Part shown: positions 1-11,765 of the stretch, one piece after another
Position numbering within the stretch: position 1 is the stretch's first letter
How the letters are laid out: the number at the start of each line of letters is the position of its first letter
Assembly (NCBI GenBank): GCA_000165425.1
Contig: CT868141.1
Coordinates: forward strand, 186,001-250,000
DNA: 64,000 bases
From: Paramecium tetraurelia
Lineage: Eukaryota
Reading direction: 5' to 3'
The notes under the pieces: generated by a model
What the model was told of the DNA's origin: nothing
The model's input: only the letters and a program-made list of their open reading frames with translations
The model's database searches: none
Translations under genes and position numbers: made by a program

Positions 1-448
1 TACAAAAACTCAGTGCAGGTCTAAGACATGAAGCAAAGAAGGTTAGAGTGGAAGCATTAATTAGGTAGACAATAGTCATCTTCCTCGCGTTCAGATAGAA
101 GGCAGAGATCAAGGTCGTCGAATAAAAGGTAGAAACATGCCAGAAGATCCAGGTCTTCAAGGTACTTAAAGATTATAATCAAGTTCCCATAAACACAAGT
201 CCAGATAGTAAGTCCTCAAGACAAAAATAGTTGTCAAGCAATCTCTAATTGATATGATGCATAAATATTTAATTAGATTTTGTCAGGATTTTAATGTGAA
301 GGTACACACTCTTCCTTCTGTATATTATATATTTGATAAATAGGAAATAGGACAAGAGACTATTGTTAAGATAAGTGGAGATGTTAGAGGTTGTATAGCT
401 GTGATCTAATATATATTAAGTGAGTAATGTAAATTGTCCAAAAGATGA
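1..448 (+). CDS. 3' part of an Arg/Ser-rich protein with a possible degenerate KH-like C-terminal domain (5' end outside window)
   Basis: Table-6 frame SSSRSDRRQRSRSSNKR..., two short GT-AG introns, then ...ETIVKISGDVRGCIAVIQYIL to TGA at 446-448. KH resemblance is by eye. Confidence 0.55.
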
Positions 449-1015
449 AAGTTAAAATAAAAAAATACATAATTCTCATCATATTAATAAGATTAATTTC
501 AATTTCTGAATTTCTCGATTTCAAATTGGATTCATCTACCTTTGTGTAATTTATAGAATCAATAAAAATAAAGTTTTATTACTATTCACACTAACAATGT
601 TATATATCAAAGGAGAATCATCTTTTTATTTATATTCATTTTTGATATATTCCCCTTTCATTGTATGTATTAATGTTTTTAAGGCATAATTTCTAAGAAT
701 ATAAGAATTTCATAAGCATATCGTGTTGGTTTTATTTTTTAAACCATTCCTATTATTTATTGTTGTATTTTAGTTTTCGAATATTTTGTTCTTATTTTAG
801 AATCCAGAATGATTATTTCTAATATATAATTTATATTTATTATTATATTTAATAATACGTAATTGTACTTAATATGTTTACGCAATAATCAGTTGAATTT
901 GCCATATATTTATTTATAGAAATTAGTAATATGATTTATAAGATTAATAAATAGTGACGTATGAAATGCTGCTAATACCTAAATTGATTGTCGAATTAAT
1001 ACTTTAAAAAATTAA

Positions 1016-2027
1016 ATGTCTGATTTTATTCAATGGACATATGATAATAGACTTCAGATCTCTATAGACTTAGCAGCTGGTTCAGTTAGTGGAATGTATT
1101 TGATAATTAATTACTCTAAATAGAGCAAATTGTATATCAAGTCATCCATTAGACACTGTTAAAGTTAGGATGCAAATGTCTAATGATGGAGTGTTGTCAA
1201 CTTTAAGGAATATTTTCAAAAATGAAGGAACAAAGGGTTTCTATAAAGGAATGTCATTTCCTATACTTTCCATACCTATTACAAACGCGATAGTTTTTTC
1301 TGTCTATGAATTTTGGAGATCATTTTTTATTGGAAATTCGAACAAATAACTAACATACTTTTAAACGTAATTTTTTTCGAGATAATTATTAGTGCTTTTT
1401 GTGGAAGTATTGCAGGCAGCTCAGCAGCCTTTTTTTCATGTCCAATAGAGCTGACCAAGTGCAAATTGTAGATGCAATCAACAGAAAAAATATATAAAAA
1501 TCCTATGGACTGCATTCAATAAGTAAGTTTTTGTACGACAATATTTTTAGATATATAAAAAGGAAGGTTTTAAGTCCTTATTTCGTGGAATGTGTGCTAC
1601 TCAATAAAGAGAAATTCTAGGTTATTCGGCTTAGTTTGCAGTCTATGAATTGATCAAAGACTTCTTATGTGGTTTGTCTTAAAAGGCAGAACCATCCACA
1701 ACAAATCTTTTAATTTCAGGAGGTTTAGCCGGAGTTTCATGCTGGACGATAGGATATCCTTAGGATGTATTTGTCCTTATTAAAATTTAGACTATAAAGA
1801 CTATTTTGTAATGCTAAAAATCAACAGATTAAGGCATTTATAAAGTTAGATTTTATGATGGGGGTTTTTTAGATTGCTTAAGAAAAAAAATAATCTCGGA
1901 AGGACTTAGATCAATATGGAAAGGATATTCTGTTTGTATTTTGAGATCATTCTATGCCAACGCTATCGGATTTTATGCATACGAATTAGCAAAAGAAAAT
2001 ATTACTTCGTACTATTAATAATATTGA
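1016..2027 (+). CDS. Mitochondrial carrier (SLC25; carnitine/acylcarnitine or basic amino acid carrier-like)
   Basis: Three carrier signatures HPLDTVKVRMQ, CPIELTKCKLQ and YPQD|TIK, plus GFYKG; several short introns; ends TGA 2025-2027. Confidence 0.93.
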
Positions 2028-2084
2028 AATCTGTGAATAATTTCATTGTTTATATTATACTCAATTCAAAAGAAAGTTATGAAT

Positions 2085-2324
2085 TCAGTTTACAAACATC
2101 TTGTCCTAGTCGATATCATCAAGTTTTTCTTTGGATTTATTCATTCTCCTAAGTATGATAGGATTTTTGGAAATTTAATAAGGGACCTTTCCTCTTCTAA
2201 TTTCGTTGAATTCAGCCAATGAGCCCACACTCTTTAGATATTGCTCAAAGTTGTCGTTTGTTGTTTTAGTACTATTAATAGAAGTAGAGCAGGATAATTT
2301 TTTCTTATTTATCGAACATCCCAT
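2085..2324 (-). CDS. 79-aa microprotein with N-terminal MGC (myristoylation/palmitoylation) signal
   Basis: Intronless 240-bp ATG..TGA: MGCSINKKKLSCSTS...RRGKVPYQISKNPIILRRMNKSKEKLDDIDQDKMFVN. Confidence 0.75.
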
Positions 2325-2539
2325 TTATTAATATAAAGTATGTAATTTAATTTTAAACATTCATTGATTAATAATATAAAAACATTTATTTCGATTTAAA
2401 CATAATTACTTGAATTTAATTATCAACATTTTTCTAATATATATATAATATTATGATAATAACTTAAATAGTATTATTTAAAAGCAAAAAAGGTAAGGAA
2501 TTTCTAAAATAAAGCCAAAATTGATTTTATTGATATTAT

Positions 2540-3896
2540 TCATTCAAAGGCAGGATCACAGAACAGAACTGTAGGCAATTTAGGTGCTTAAGAACAGTTC
2601 TAATAATATTTGATTTATAATAAGAATTCAGTAAATGGGTTTATTAGATCTTTATATAACCTATAACTAACATGATCCATTTCATCTGCTAAATGCATGA
2701 TGCATTAACTTGCCTAGCAATTTTCTAATTTATATGTAAGAAAATACTGTATAATTCCTGTGCCTAAGTATATGGAATGATGTTGTCAGCTTTACCATGT
2801 AGAATAAAGGTAGGGATCTTAACTTTTTTAATTTGATCTAAATTGTCAAATCTCTATCTGATAAGATATTAGGCCCATGATCCTACATAATCTCTGACAG
2901 CTGCTTTTAATGATGTAAATGGAGACATCAAAGCTAGACAGGCCGGCTTGTATTTACTAGCAAGATAGGTGGCAGGTCCACTACCTATGCTTCGACCAAA
3001 AATAATGATACGATTTTCATTATAACCCAATCTTTTGGTAAGATAATTGTAAACGTATTCAGCATCTTTCAATATGAATTCTGCATTAGGCTATTCGTTT
3101 TTGTACTTACCATATCCTGGGTATTCCATGGCTATGGCTGATACCTAGGGCTAATTATGGTATAAGTACTTGTAAGTTGTCTCTGAGATGAATAAGGAAC
3201 TTATATGATTAAGTTATATCTTCGCAATTGGCATGGAAATACATTACAATGTTGGGAGAATGAATTTTTGAATCTACGTACATGCATGGGATATGTCCGA
3301 AGATATGATGCGATTCTCTGGAGTTGGATCTTTGAGGGATGGGTTCATCTTCTAACAATTTTTCTTTCTTTTTATCCATTAATTCTTTGGGTAATTTAAT
3401 GAGAGGTTGACTGAAACAGATGCTTTTTTCGTATTTGGTTTTTTTGATTGGATAAAAATTGGATGACATCCTACACAATTAAGGCTTTTTGGTTGTAATT
3501 TAAATGGATTGCATGTTTAATTTTTACAATTTGGACGAAACATCAGGACTTCCCTCGTTAGAATCAAATGAGGGGGAATTAATTTCACTAGTTTATCTTC
3601 TTCTCTACCTCTAAGTAAGAGGTTTGCAAGGAAAATTAGGGATGGGTTATAATTGAGATTCGCTATTGGAGTTGAATAAATAAAGATTACGTGGGTTCTT
3701 CATTAAAGAAATGTTCATCTTCAAATTCCAATTCGCTCTACTTAAAGTACATTCCTCTTTTTTTTGTTGTTCTGGGGACGTAATTTTAGAAGGTTGGATA
3801 GAGTTTTTTGTACTTAGGAATCCATAATATTTGTCCTTGTTCATGCTCATTGGATATTTGTTTTGGAGCAGGGAAAAAAATGAAGTCTAGGTCCAT
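2540..3896 (-). CDS. Alpha/beta hydrolase, ABHD17/ABHD13-like
   Basis: MDLDFIFFPAP start; YFHANCED, MEYPGYG, nucleophile elbow GRSIGSG, ILHGKADNII. Confidence 0.9.
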
Positions 3897-3917
3897 TAAT
3901 TAATATTATTGTAATTA

Positions 3918-4575
3918 ATGAATAAAGAGAGTGAGAAATAATTAAATGAAAAAGGAGCAACCAAACAATTGCAAAAGATAATTGGAGTAAGAACACACAT
4001 CATTATTATAAGTCTAGGCCCATGCCCAATTACATAATGTTTGATGGGGAAGGCAATTATGGGAGAAAGTAACTGTAAGGTAATTTTACAAAAACGAAGA
4101 CTTAGATCACAAGAATTTGAAAGTGTAAATAAATTTGCATTGGAAAGGGGAGGAGAATGTTGAGGAGTAGAATAAGAATTGTGAAACTGAAAATAAGCAA
4201 ATCTTACCCAAAATTTTGAATTTAAAAGTTATTTTTATGTATTATCTAATAAGAAGTCCTAAGATGTTGAACCAATGAAGACAACAATCAGTATAGGTAG
4301 TTTAATATTTGAGAATTTAAGAACATCAAAAGAGATTTGGTAAATACAGTCTGAGGTATTTACAAAAAACAAACCCATTTGGCAACAAGGATGGTTTGCA
4401 GGATGATAAATTTGAAGTAAGCTCAGCGAGATATGGGAAATTCTATACAAATGAGAGCGACCATAAAAATTTATTACGGGAATTTGATAATAAATACTGC
4501 GTCATCCCTGTCTAATAACCTATATTAAAGTATCATAGTTTGAAATCATCATTATTCAATAATAAAAATTAATGA
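3918..4575 (+). CDS. Hypothetical protein (exon structure uncertain)
   Basis: An open table-6 model can be built with about 4 short GT-AG introns from ATG 3918 to TGA 4573-4575; no recognised domain. Confidence 0.45.
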
Positions 4576-5426
4576 GAGGATTTATAATACGCTTTGCATT
4601 CGCTGAATAAGTCTCCATACAATCTCAGACTTATTTAAAAAGATCATACAAGGAAGCCACTGTGGAAATGGCCATAAACCCAATCAACCCATATCACCAA
4701 TGGTTCATCAAAGTAATCTTAAATTTTATATTTTTAGCTTGATGGCAAAAGTGCAAAGACTCAGCAACGCAACATCTTGGCAGTCCCTTCTCCATAATTG
4801 GCTGCCTGCATTGCATCAGAATTCAATCGACAGAAGGAATACTTGAGTTTCAAGCAAATGCCTCTTTTAATGCTCGCTAGAAATGCTATTGATTTAGATT
4901 ACGATGCAACCAATAGAGAATACATCGAAAAAGCTATTGTTAACCATTTAGAAAATGATGTTATTCTACATCGTAAAAACTAAAAGTCGTAACTTCTCCA
5001 AATTCAGTAACAATAATTGGATCCACAATTGAGATTCTTCAATTCTAAATTCGGAATGGACATTTAATCAAATGATGGAGTTCAGATTGGATCACTTAGC
5101 CAACAAAATATAGTCAAAATTGAATCCTTAATCAGAGGATTGAATAATTGGTAATTAGTCAGTCTCAGTTCTCAAGCAGGTATAAAATTAATATTATATT
5201 ATTAGATAATCTAAAATCTTGTATATTGGCTATCCAACTATCCTATGGTCAAGTTGATTTAGAGAAAGCCTTGTCTCTATGCGATATTGAAAATTAATTT
5301 AATAAGAAAGTCATTGAAAATGAGAATCCACAAGAATCGGATAGTGAAGATAACATAATTTCCATGAATGTAAAAGCTGCCCAACTCTTCTCATCGCTAA
5401 TTTATTCCTAAAGTATCCTCTATTGA
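4572..5426 (+). CDS. ATP12: Mitochondrial F1-ATPase assembly factor ATP12/ATPAF2
   Basis: MRGFIIRFAF presequence-like start; LDGKSAKT..ILAVPSPQLAACIASEFNRQKEYLSFKQMPLLMLARNAID matches the ATP12 family pattern; two introns. Confidence 0.85.
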
Positions 5427-5509
5427 TATTTCTGTTTATTGTATATAGAATGAAATAATTTCATTAAGATTTTTAATTACACAAATAAATAAATGTCAAC
5501 TAAAATCAA

Positions 5510-6261
5510 TCAGGACTTAAAGGCTTTCGGCTAGAATGTAGATATTGATTATGAAACTCTTGTTAAGATTTCTGTATGTGTCTTCCTATCTACTCTCGCA
5601 ACCGGTGAGGGACCAGGAACTTACTTAAGTGGGAGACTTTTCCTTAGATCCACTTTAGGCTAAGGCTTATATTGAGGTTCTCTTTAAATGTCAAACGGAG
5701 TCAGGTCTGGTCCCAAGTTGCTTGTGATGCATCCATATAACATTCTACGCTCACAACAATTAATTACGTTTCATAATCGAGTAATTACAGTAAGAACCCT
5801 GGGTTTGGCCTTACATATGGTCTTTTTTATTTTAGAAATCTTAATGCTTGTTCTACTGTATATTGATAGCTTTTCATGAGATAGGCCAGTACAAGGGTAG
5901 CTGATCTCGAGATGCCTGCTGCACAATGAACAAGAACATTTTATTAAGATTTCAATGCTTTTTCGATGAATAAGAAAGATCTTTCGAAAACATTACTGAT
6001 TTGAGAATTCATATTGTCATGAATGTCCAAGTAAATTTATTTGTATTTAGGACCCATCATGATTTCTATGTATTGAAACTTATTACTTTCTTCTGTGCAG
6101 ATGGACAAAATGCAATTTACGTTATTGATTTCCAAAATTTATTAATTATGTAAGCAATCCAAATTTCCAAGAAATAACTTTCCTCTTTCTTTCTCTGACA
6201 ACACTAAACTAATTGGTTACTCTCCAGGTAAGGTGTATTTAAGCATATGCAAACCCTTCAT
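5510..6261 (-). CDS. Dual-specificity protein phosphatase
   Basis: KLFLGN, DIHD general-acid loop, active site [27 protein letters not shown]. Confidence 0.95.
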
Positions 6262-6395
6262 TATAAATAAAATTTATTTAATTATTTGAATGCATTTCAC
6301 TACAATAAAATATAATCATAAGTATATTTATGTTAATATCCACAATACTATTGAAGGAAAGGAATCAAAACATATATTATTTTTTATCTTTTAAA

Positions 6396-6799
6396 TCAAT
6401 TTTGACCGTCTTATAAGTCCTTCTAGATGCAATAGCACAACCCTAATTTATCGCATATGACACCTTCGCAATTCAATACGAAACCCTTGCAACAAGGACA
6501 ATCTTTATATTTTTCTAATAAATCCATCATCTAATCCGGGTCCTCAGGATCGATATCGAAGAATAGCTGATTATATTATGGCAATTCAATACTTCTTTTT
6601 GTTTTTGAAGCACATTAATTTCATATTCTTCAATTTGTTTATCAGTAAGCTCCTTTGGAATCTATTATTATTCCTGTGGTTTACTACAGAATGGGCAATT
6701 TTAGATGCCATGAAGATGATAAAAATTGAGTTTGAATTCGATACAATCAGGAGATGGCTTAATTTGAGGTTCTTGCTAAATTTCCTCTTATTATGACAT
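6396..6799 (-). CDS. Small Cys-rich protein (about 125 aa)
   Basis: One 26-nt intron joins MSQQEEIQQEPQIKPSPDCIEFK... to ...CPCCKGFVLNCEGVICDKLGLCYC...TGA in frame. Confidence 0.75.
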
Positions 6800-6810
6800 T
6801 AAATTAATAA

Positions 6811-7284
6811 ATGATAAAAAGAACCTTTTTTGGACTTTCTCTAAGGGACAAACAGAAATTTACCTACAAAGAGGAAAATGGGTTGCTCTGTTATACATTT
6901 ACTTAAATAATTTTAGTTGGCTAAGGCGAAGCAAAGATTTATGGACTTTCTAGTAATAAGAAGATTTTGATTGCTTCTTTGAAAGGAAAACAAAACTAAT
7001 GCCAATGCAAATTTATCATGGATGAAAATAACTTTACTCATTTAATATGTGTTGGGGATGAATCTGCTTCGGTCCATGTGTTGGGATATAAGTTAGGAAA
7101 ATAGGTTTAGGAAATAGAGGAAAATTATTAACAAGAAAATTTGGTGTTCTAAGATGAATTTAGAGCATTACAACCAGTTGAAGAGAGGGAATTAGACTCA
7201 GATGAGTTTGAGTTGCTTTCTAAGAAAGATAAAAAAGAATATAAAAAAAAACAAAAGCAAAAGTAAAAATAGGAAAATTATTGA
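6811..7284 (+). CDS. Nucleoplasmin-like (NPL, HD2/FKBP-type) domain protein with acidic then basic tail
   Basis: 474-bp intronless frame: TFFGLSL...YTFTQIILVGQGE...KKILIASL...SVHVLGY, then EERELDSDEFE and a Lys-rich end. Confidence 0.7.
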
Positions 7285-7340
7285 GTAATAGTGTTTTGTT
7301 GTGATATATTAAAAATTATTAGTTAAATATTTTCTTTGAA

Positions 7341-8941
7341 ATGTTCAAATCAATCTAAAAATGGAGAATGAGAAATTAGCTTAAGCTCTACTTTTTACTG
7401 TTGTCTCTATTCTCTACATTATTGATTGGGATTATTCTAGTCGTCACTCAGAATATTGTGTATTAAGAGTTAGTTTAGATTACATAATAGATATCAACCA
7501 AATTGACAGAAAATTAAATTTCAAATTAGTTTGAAGCACAAATGCATATGTTTTTCGATGTTATTAATAAAAGTACAATATCCTCATATTGAAGATTATA
7601 GAGCTCTTGATACTATTGCAAATTTATTTAAATTTGTGTAATCTGAAATGACTTTCGTAAGCTCCAAATGCGATTAATGTCCAGTAAACTAAACTTAGAA
7701 CTATAGGTAATCAAATATTTGCTATAATATTTTCAACTAAAAGAGTGGATAGGAGTTGAATTAAATACAACAAAAACATTTATTCTACTATTTGAAACAT
7801 TAGGGTTTGTTGTAGGAACTGTTGTTGCTTTTTGATCCTGAATAATTTATTATTGGAAATTGGTCCATAGGATAAAGTAAGGAATCCTATTTTTCTGCCT
7901 ACTAGGCTATAGGTTATTATTCTACCTTTGATATTGCAACAAGGCCATTTTACATTAATCATATCAAAAAGGCTAATTCATCTCATTATATTTTTAGTGA
8001 TGTGTTTTTTAACTTTGAAAAAGAATATAAAGTCACAATCTCAAAAAACATTACAACTGACGTAACAGATGGAATTGTAGGCACGTAATTTGAATTTAAA
8101 ATAATTAAGAAGTTCTTTTAAGAAAACTTCCTAATTCTCAACTAAGACGGATTAATATTGATTGGAAATGTATAAATGTATTTTTAACCAAACAGAACTA
8201 ATGTTTATTTTTTTAATGAAAGTTTGACAGGTTTTAATGAATATGATTGGAGCTCCGTAAAGAATTACATGGATAACAATGTTTTGGATTCTAATTGTAC
8301 AACTAACAATTCTTAATATTTATGTAGATAAAATAAAATTACTTAGATAAATGTTATGATATTTGGGAAATTTTTGCGGTTTTCCAATTTAATATTGATT
8401 ATGTAAAAAAGTGTTTATTTTAAGATTAAAGAATATAGAGCAGGACAAAGATCTAGAAGACCAGTTACTTTGGATAAGGGATCAGAAGAACAATCAAATC
8501 GCAACATTACTCATTATTCAATTATCAGCTGCCTTTGGAACAAGTGTAATTGCCATTTTGATTTTGAGATACATTTGCAGATACATGACATATCTAGAGA
8601 GATTGGCCAATTCCCATATTCAAAACAAGCCTGTTGACTTTCAGGTGTATGCATTTCTAAGAGAAATAAAACAACACTAAAGATCAAGCTCCACAAACAT
8701 CACACTAAATCTATCGGATTCCTATTACAAATTAATCTCATAGTTAACAGCAAGACCATTTATAAAGAATGAGGAATGCAAGAATTTTGAATCTTTTCAA
8801 TTTCCATACTATAAAAAAAAGATAAATCTATCCAAGTGGAACATTGTTACTTCACAATTAAATAATAAGAACGAGAGAATTAAATCAAGTTACAAGGCTC
8901 TAATATTGAATCTTTTAAGATAATCATATTAAACTTGTTGA
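7341..8941 (+). CDS. Two-TM membrane protein with Cache-like extracellular domain and HAMP-like linker
   Basis: N-terminal hydrophobic helix; RPFY (cf. Cache RPWY) followed by DGIVG; second TM LLIIQLSAAFGTSVIAILIL; short cytoplasmic tail. Confidence 0.65.
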
Positions 8942-9011
8942 TCCAATATAATACCTATTGTTCTCTTTATTTAAATTTAATTAATAATCCACGTATATTA
9001 AATTAATTAAA

Positions 9012-11733
9012 ATGGAAAAAAAATAAGGAGCAGTAAAGTAAATAGTATCCTCGAATTGTGTGTTAATATCTGGACCAATTAATAATGAGACAGGAGTGCC
9101 AATGACTAAATTCTTGACTTTGTAAGGAATTCAGGCACCAGAATTCTCATTGACTGATAAGGAGAATCCAAAATAAGAGCCCTTTGGATTTTTAGCAAGG
9201 GAATTCTTGAGAAAGTAAGTATTAGGATAATAAATTGAATTCACAATCGAACACAAGATCAAAGACTAAAATGATAAAGTCATTGGTAGAATCTTTAAAA
9301 ATGGTCAAGATATTGGGGAATTGTAATTAAGAGAAGGATTGGCCCAATTAAGACAATAAGGAAAGCCAAGTCAGGAATATGAGAATGCATAAAATTTGGC
9401 TAAATAGAATGGAAAGGGTATATGGTCAAAGAGAGAAGAATTAGTCAAATATAATAAAATTGATTTGAAGGATGTCAAACCTAAATAATACACCTAATGT
9501 TTTGTTGAAGATGTACAAGGATTGTTTGTATTTTATGCTTACATCCCAGAATTACAAGGCTTAGTGAAATGCTCATACGGAGAAGTCTTTATGCCAACAT
9601 CAGTTTCATAAGTGTTGTAAAATAGAGCTAAATGGACAATCTAAGAGTTGATCCTCCAATAAGAGGTCACTTTGACAGTCCAAGGACAAGATGAAAAGTT
9701 TTAGTCTTTGAGAGTAGATATCAAAAAGAAAGATTTAGATGTAAAGAAAGAACTTGTGAGTTTGGGATACTTTAGATTATCACCAAATGCATTTTAATTA
9801 AATCATGATCAAAAGAGGTATATAATTAATCAAATTTTATTAGATACAATGAATTGAAAGAGACTTAAAGTCAAGCTGAAATCAAATTGATTGGAATATG
9901 GAAAGATGCCCCATGAAAATATTAACAATTATAATAAGCAGTTGTCTTGTAAGGAGGAAAATAGACATATTAAGCCAAAATTATCGAAGTCCATTCAGGA
10001 GATCAATTGACGGTCATGAATGTCAACAATAGATAATAATCAAGAGTGTTATTGGCATCAGTCAAGGCTCCAAAATATTCATTAAAGGAGACTTAACCAT
10101 TTGGATATGAAGCTAAAGAATTTGTTAGAAAACATGCTATTGGTAAAACAGTTAAAGTGGAAGTTGAATACGAGAAGAAAATTAAACCAAAGGATATTGA
10201 AGGATTAGCTGATGAAGATGATAAGAAAAAGTTATAATAAGAATTGAATATGATCTTCGTTAACATTATATTAACAGAAGATGGAGACTAAAATTTAGCA
10301 GCTTTAGTTGTAGGAGCAGGATATGCAACTGTTCAACCTCCAAGAGGAGATGATGGAGTTTCTAGATATATTGATGAATTAACAGGTGCTTAAGAATCTG
10401 CAAGTAAGGCTAAAAAGGGACTTCATGGTAAACCAGTTTAATTGCCTAAAACTACTGATTTATCTGTTAATCCTAATTTATAAAGATCTAGAGATGCCTT
10501 CGATTCTTTAAGAACATTAAGAAAACTATCTGGAGTTGTTGAATTAGTGTTGAATGGATCAAGATTAAAATTGAAATTCCATGAATAAAACTTCACATCT
10601 ATTGTTGTACTTGCTGGAGTCAAATGTTTACCAAACGAGTAAAATCTACCAGAATTTTAAAAATTCTCAAATATTGCTTTGTAATATGTCAAAGAAAATG
10701 CTCTTCAAAGAGATGTTGATATCGAATTGACATCCATCGATAAAAAGGGTATCTTCCACGGACATGTTTTCATTGGCAAATAAAGAACCAACTTAGGATT
10801 AACACTTCTTGAATTAGGATTAGCAGTTACATTTAACCCAGTTGCTAATAGTCATGCATATCAAGCATTATTTGCTGATGCTGAATCAAAGGCTAAATTA
10901 AAGAGAGAAGGTTTATGGGATATCAAAGGATTAGATTTAACTATTGTAAAGGGTGATGATGATGTACCTGTTAGATCTGAAATCAAACTGTTGAATGGAG
11001 AAGTAATTTATAAACTTATCATTTTAGTTGAAAAAACTTATATTGGTTGAAATCGCAGATAGCAATACTCTTTACTTCTAAGACCCAACAGATAAATTGT
11101 TAGGATAAATTGAAAAGAGTCTTGGATCATTTACAGCTACTGAAGCTAATAAATTGATTCCACCTTTCAAAAAGGGATTACTTTGTGTTGCTAAATTCTC
11201 TGTTGATGGCAACTGGTATAGAGCTAAAATTACAAGAGAATTAAAGAATAGATTTGAAGTCTTATTTGTTGATTATGGAAATGTTGATATTGTCTCACAA
11301 AATGATATCAGAAAACTTCCTGAAAATTTGGCTGCATTACCTCCTTAAGCTATTAGATGTAGTTTAGCCTATATTAATGGACCTACTATAAGTCATGAGT
11401 TAGGCAATAAAGTATTTATTTTGAGTAATTTCAAGGTTGGACAATTCATCAGAGACTAAATCTTCGAAAAGGAAGTCGTTGTTTCTTTTGAGTATTAGGA
11501 TGATGTTAGCAAAGGAGTCATTGCCTATTTGACCAAAGAGAATCAACCCAATAAATCACTTAACATTCTTTTGTTATCTTAAGGTTTTGCAAAGCTTGAT
11601 AAAACAGTAAATGAATGATTTTAATTTGTAGGCTCCTCCTTTACCATAAAAATTAGAGGAATGGCTTAAGGCAAGTCAAGATGCTGAAAATAATAGCAAG
11701 GGATTGTGGAATTACGATGAGGAAACTGAGTGA
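9012..11733 (+). CDS. SND1: Tudor staphylococcal nuclease (Tudor-SN); carries one in-frame TGA at 9914-9916
   Basis: Repeated SN domains (GIQAPE..EPFGFLAREFLRK; IIEVHSGD..LASVKAP..PFGYEAKEFVRK), Tudor CVAKFSVDGNWYRA..VLFVDYGN, ends GLWNYDEETE-TGA. Confidence 0.93.
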
Positions 11734-11765
11734 TGAATTGTATTTTAAAATAATATAATAAATTT

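Noticed and set aside
480..905. Possible minus-strand gene
   Set aside because: No consistent frame or recognisable motif; long frames arise by chance when only TGA is a stop
9895..9940. Retained IES or GC-AG intron explaining the internal TGA
   Set aside because: TA-bounded excisions covering the TGA would delete the conserved GIWKD, and the ends do not match TAYAG. The GC..AG candidate (31 nt) breaks the frame.
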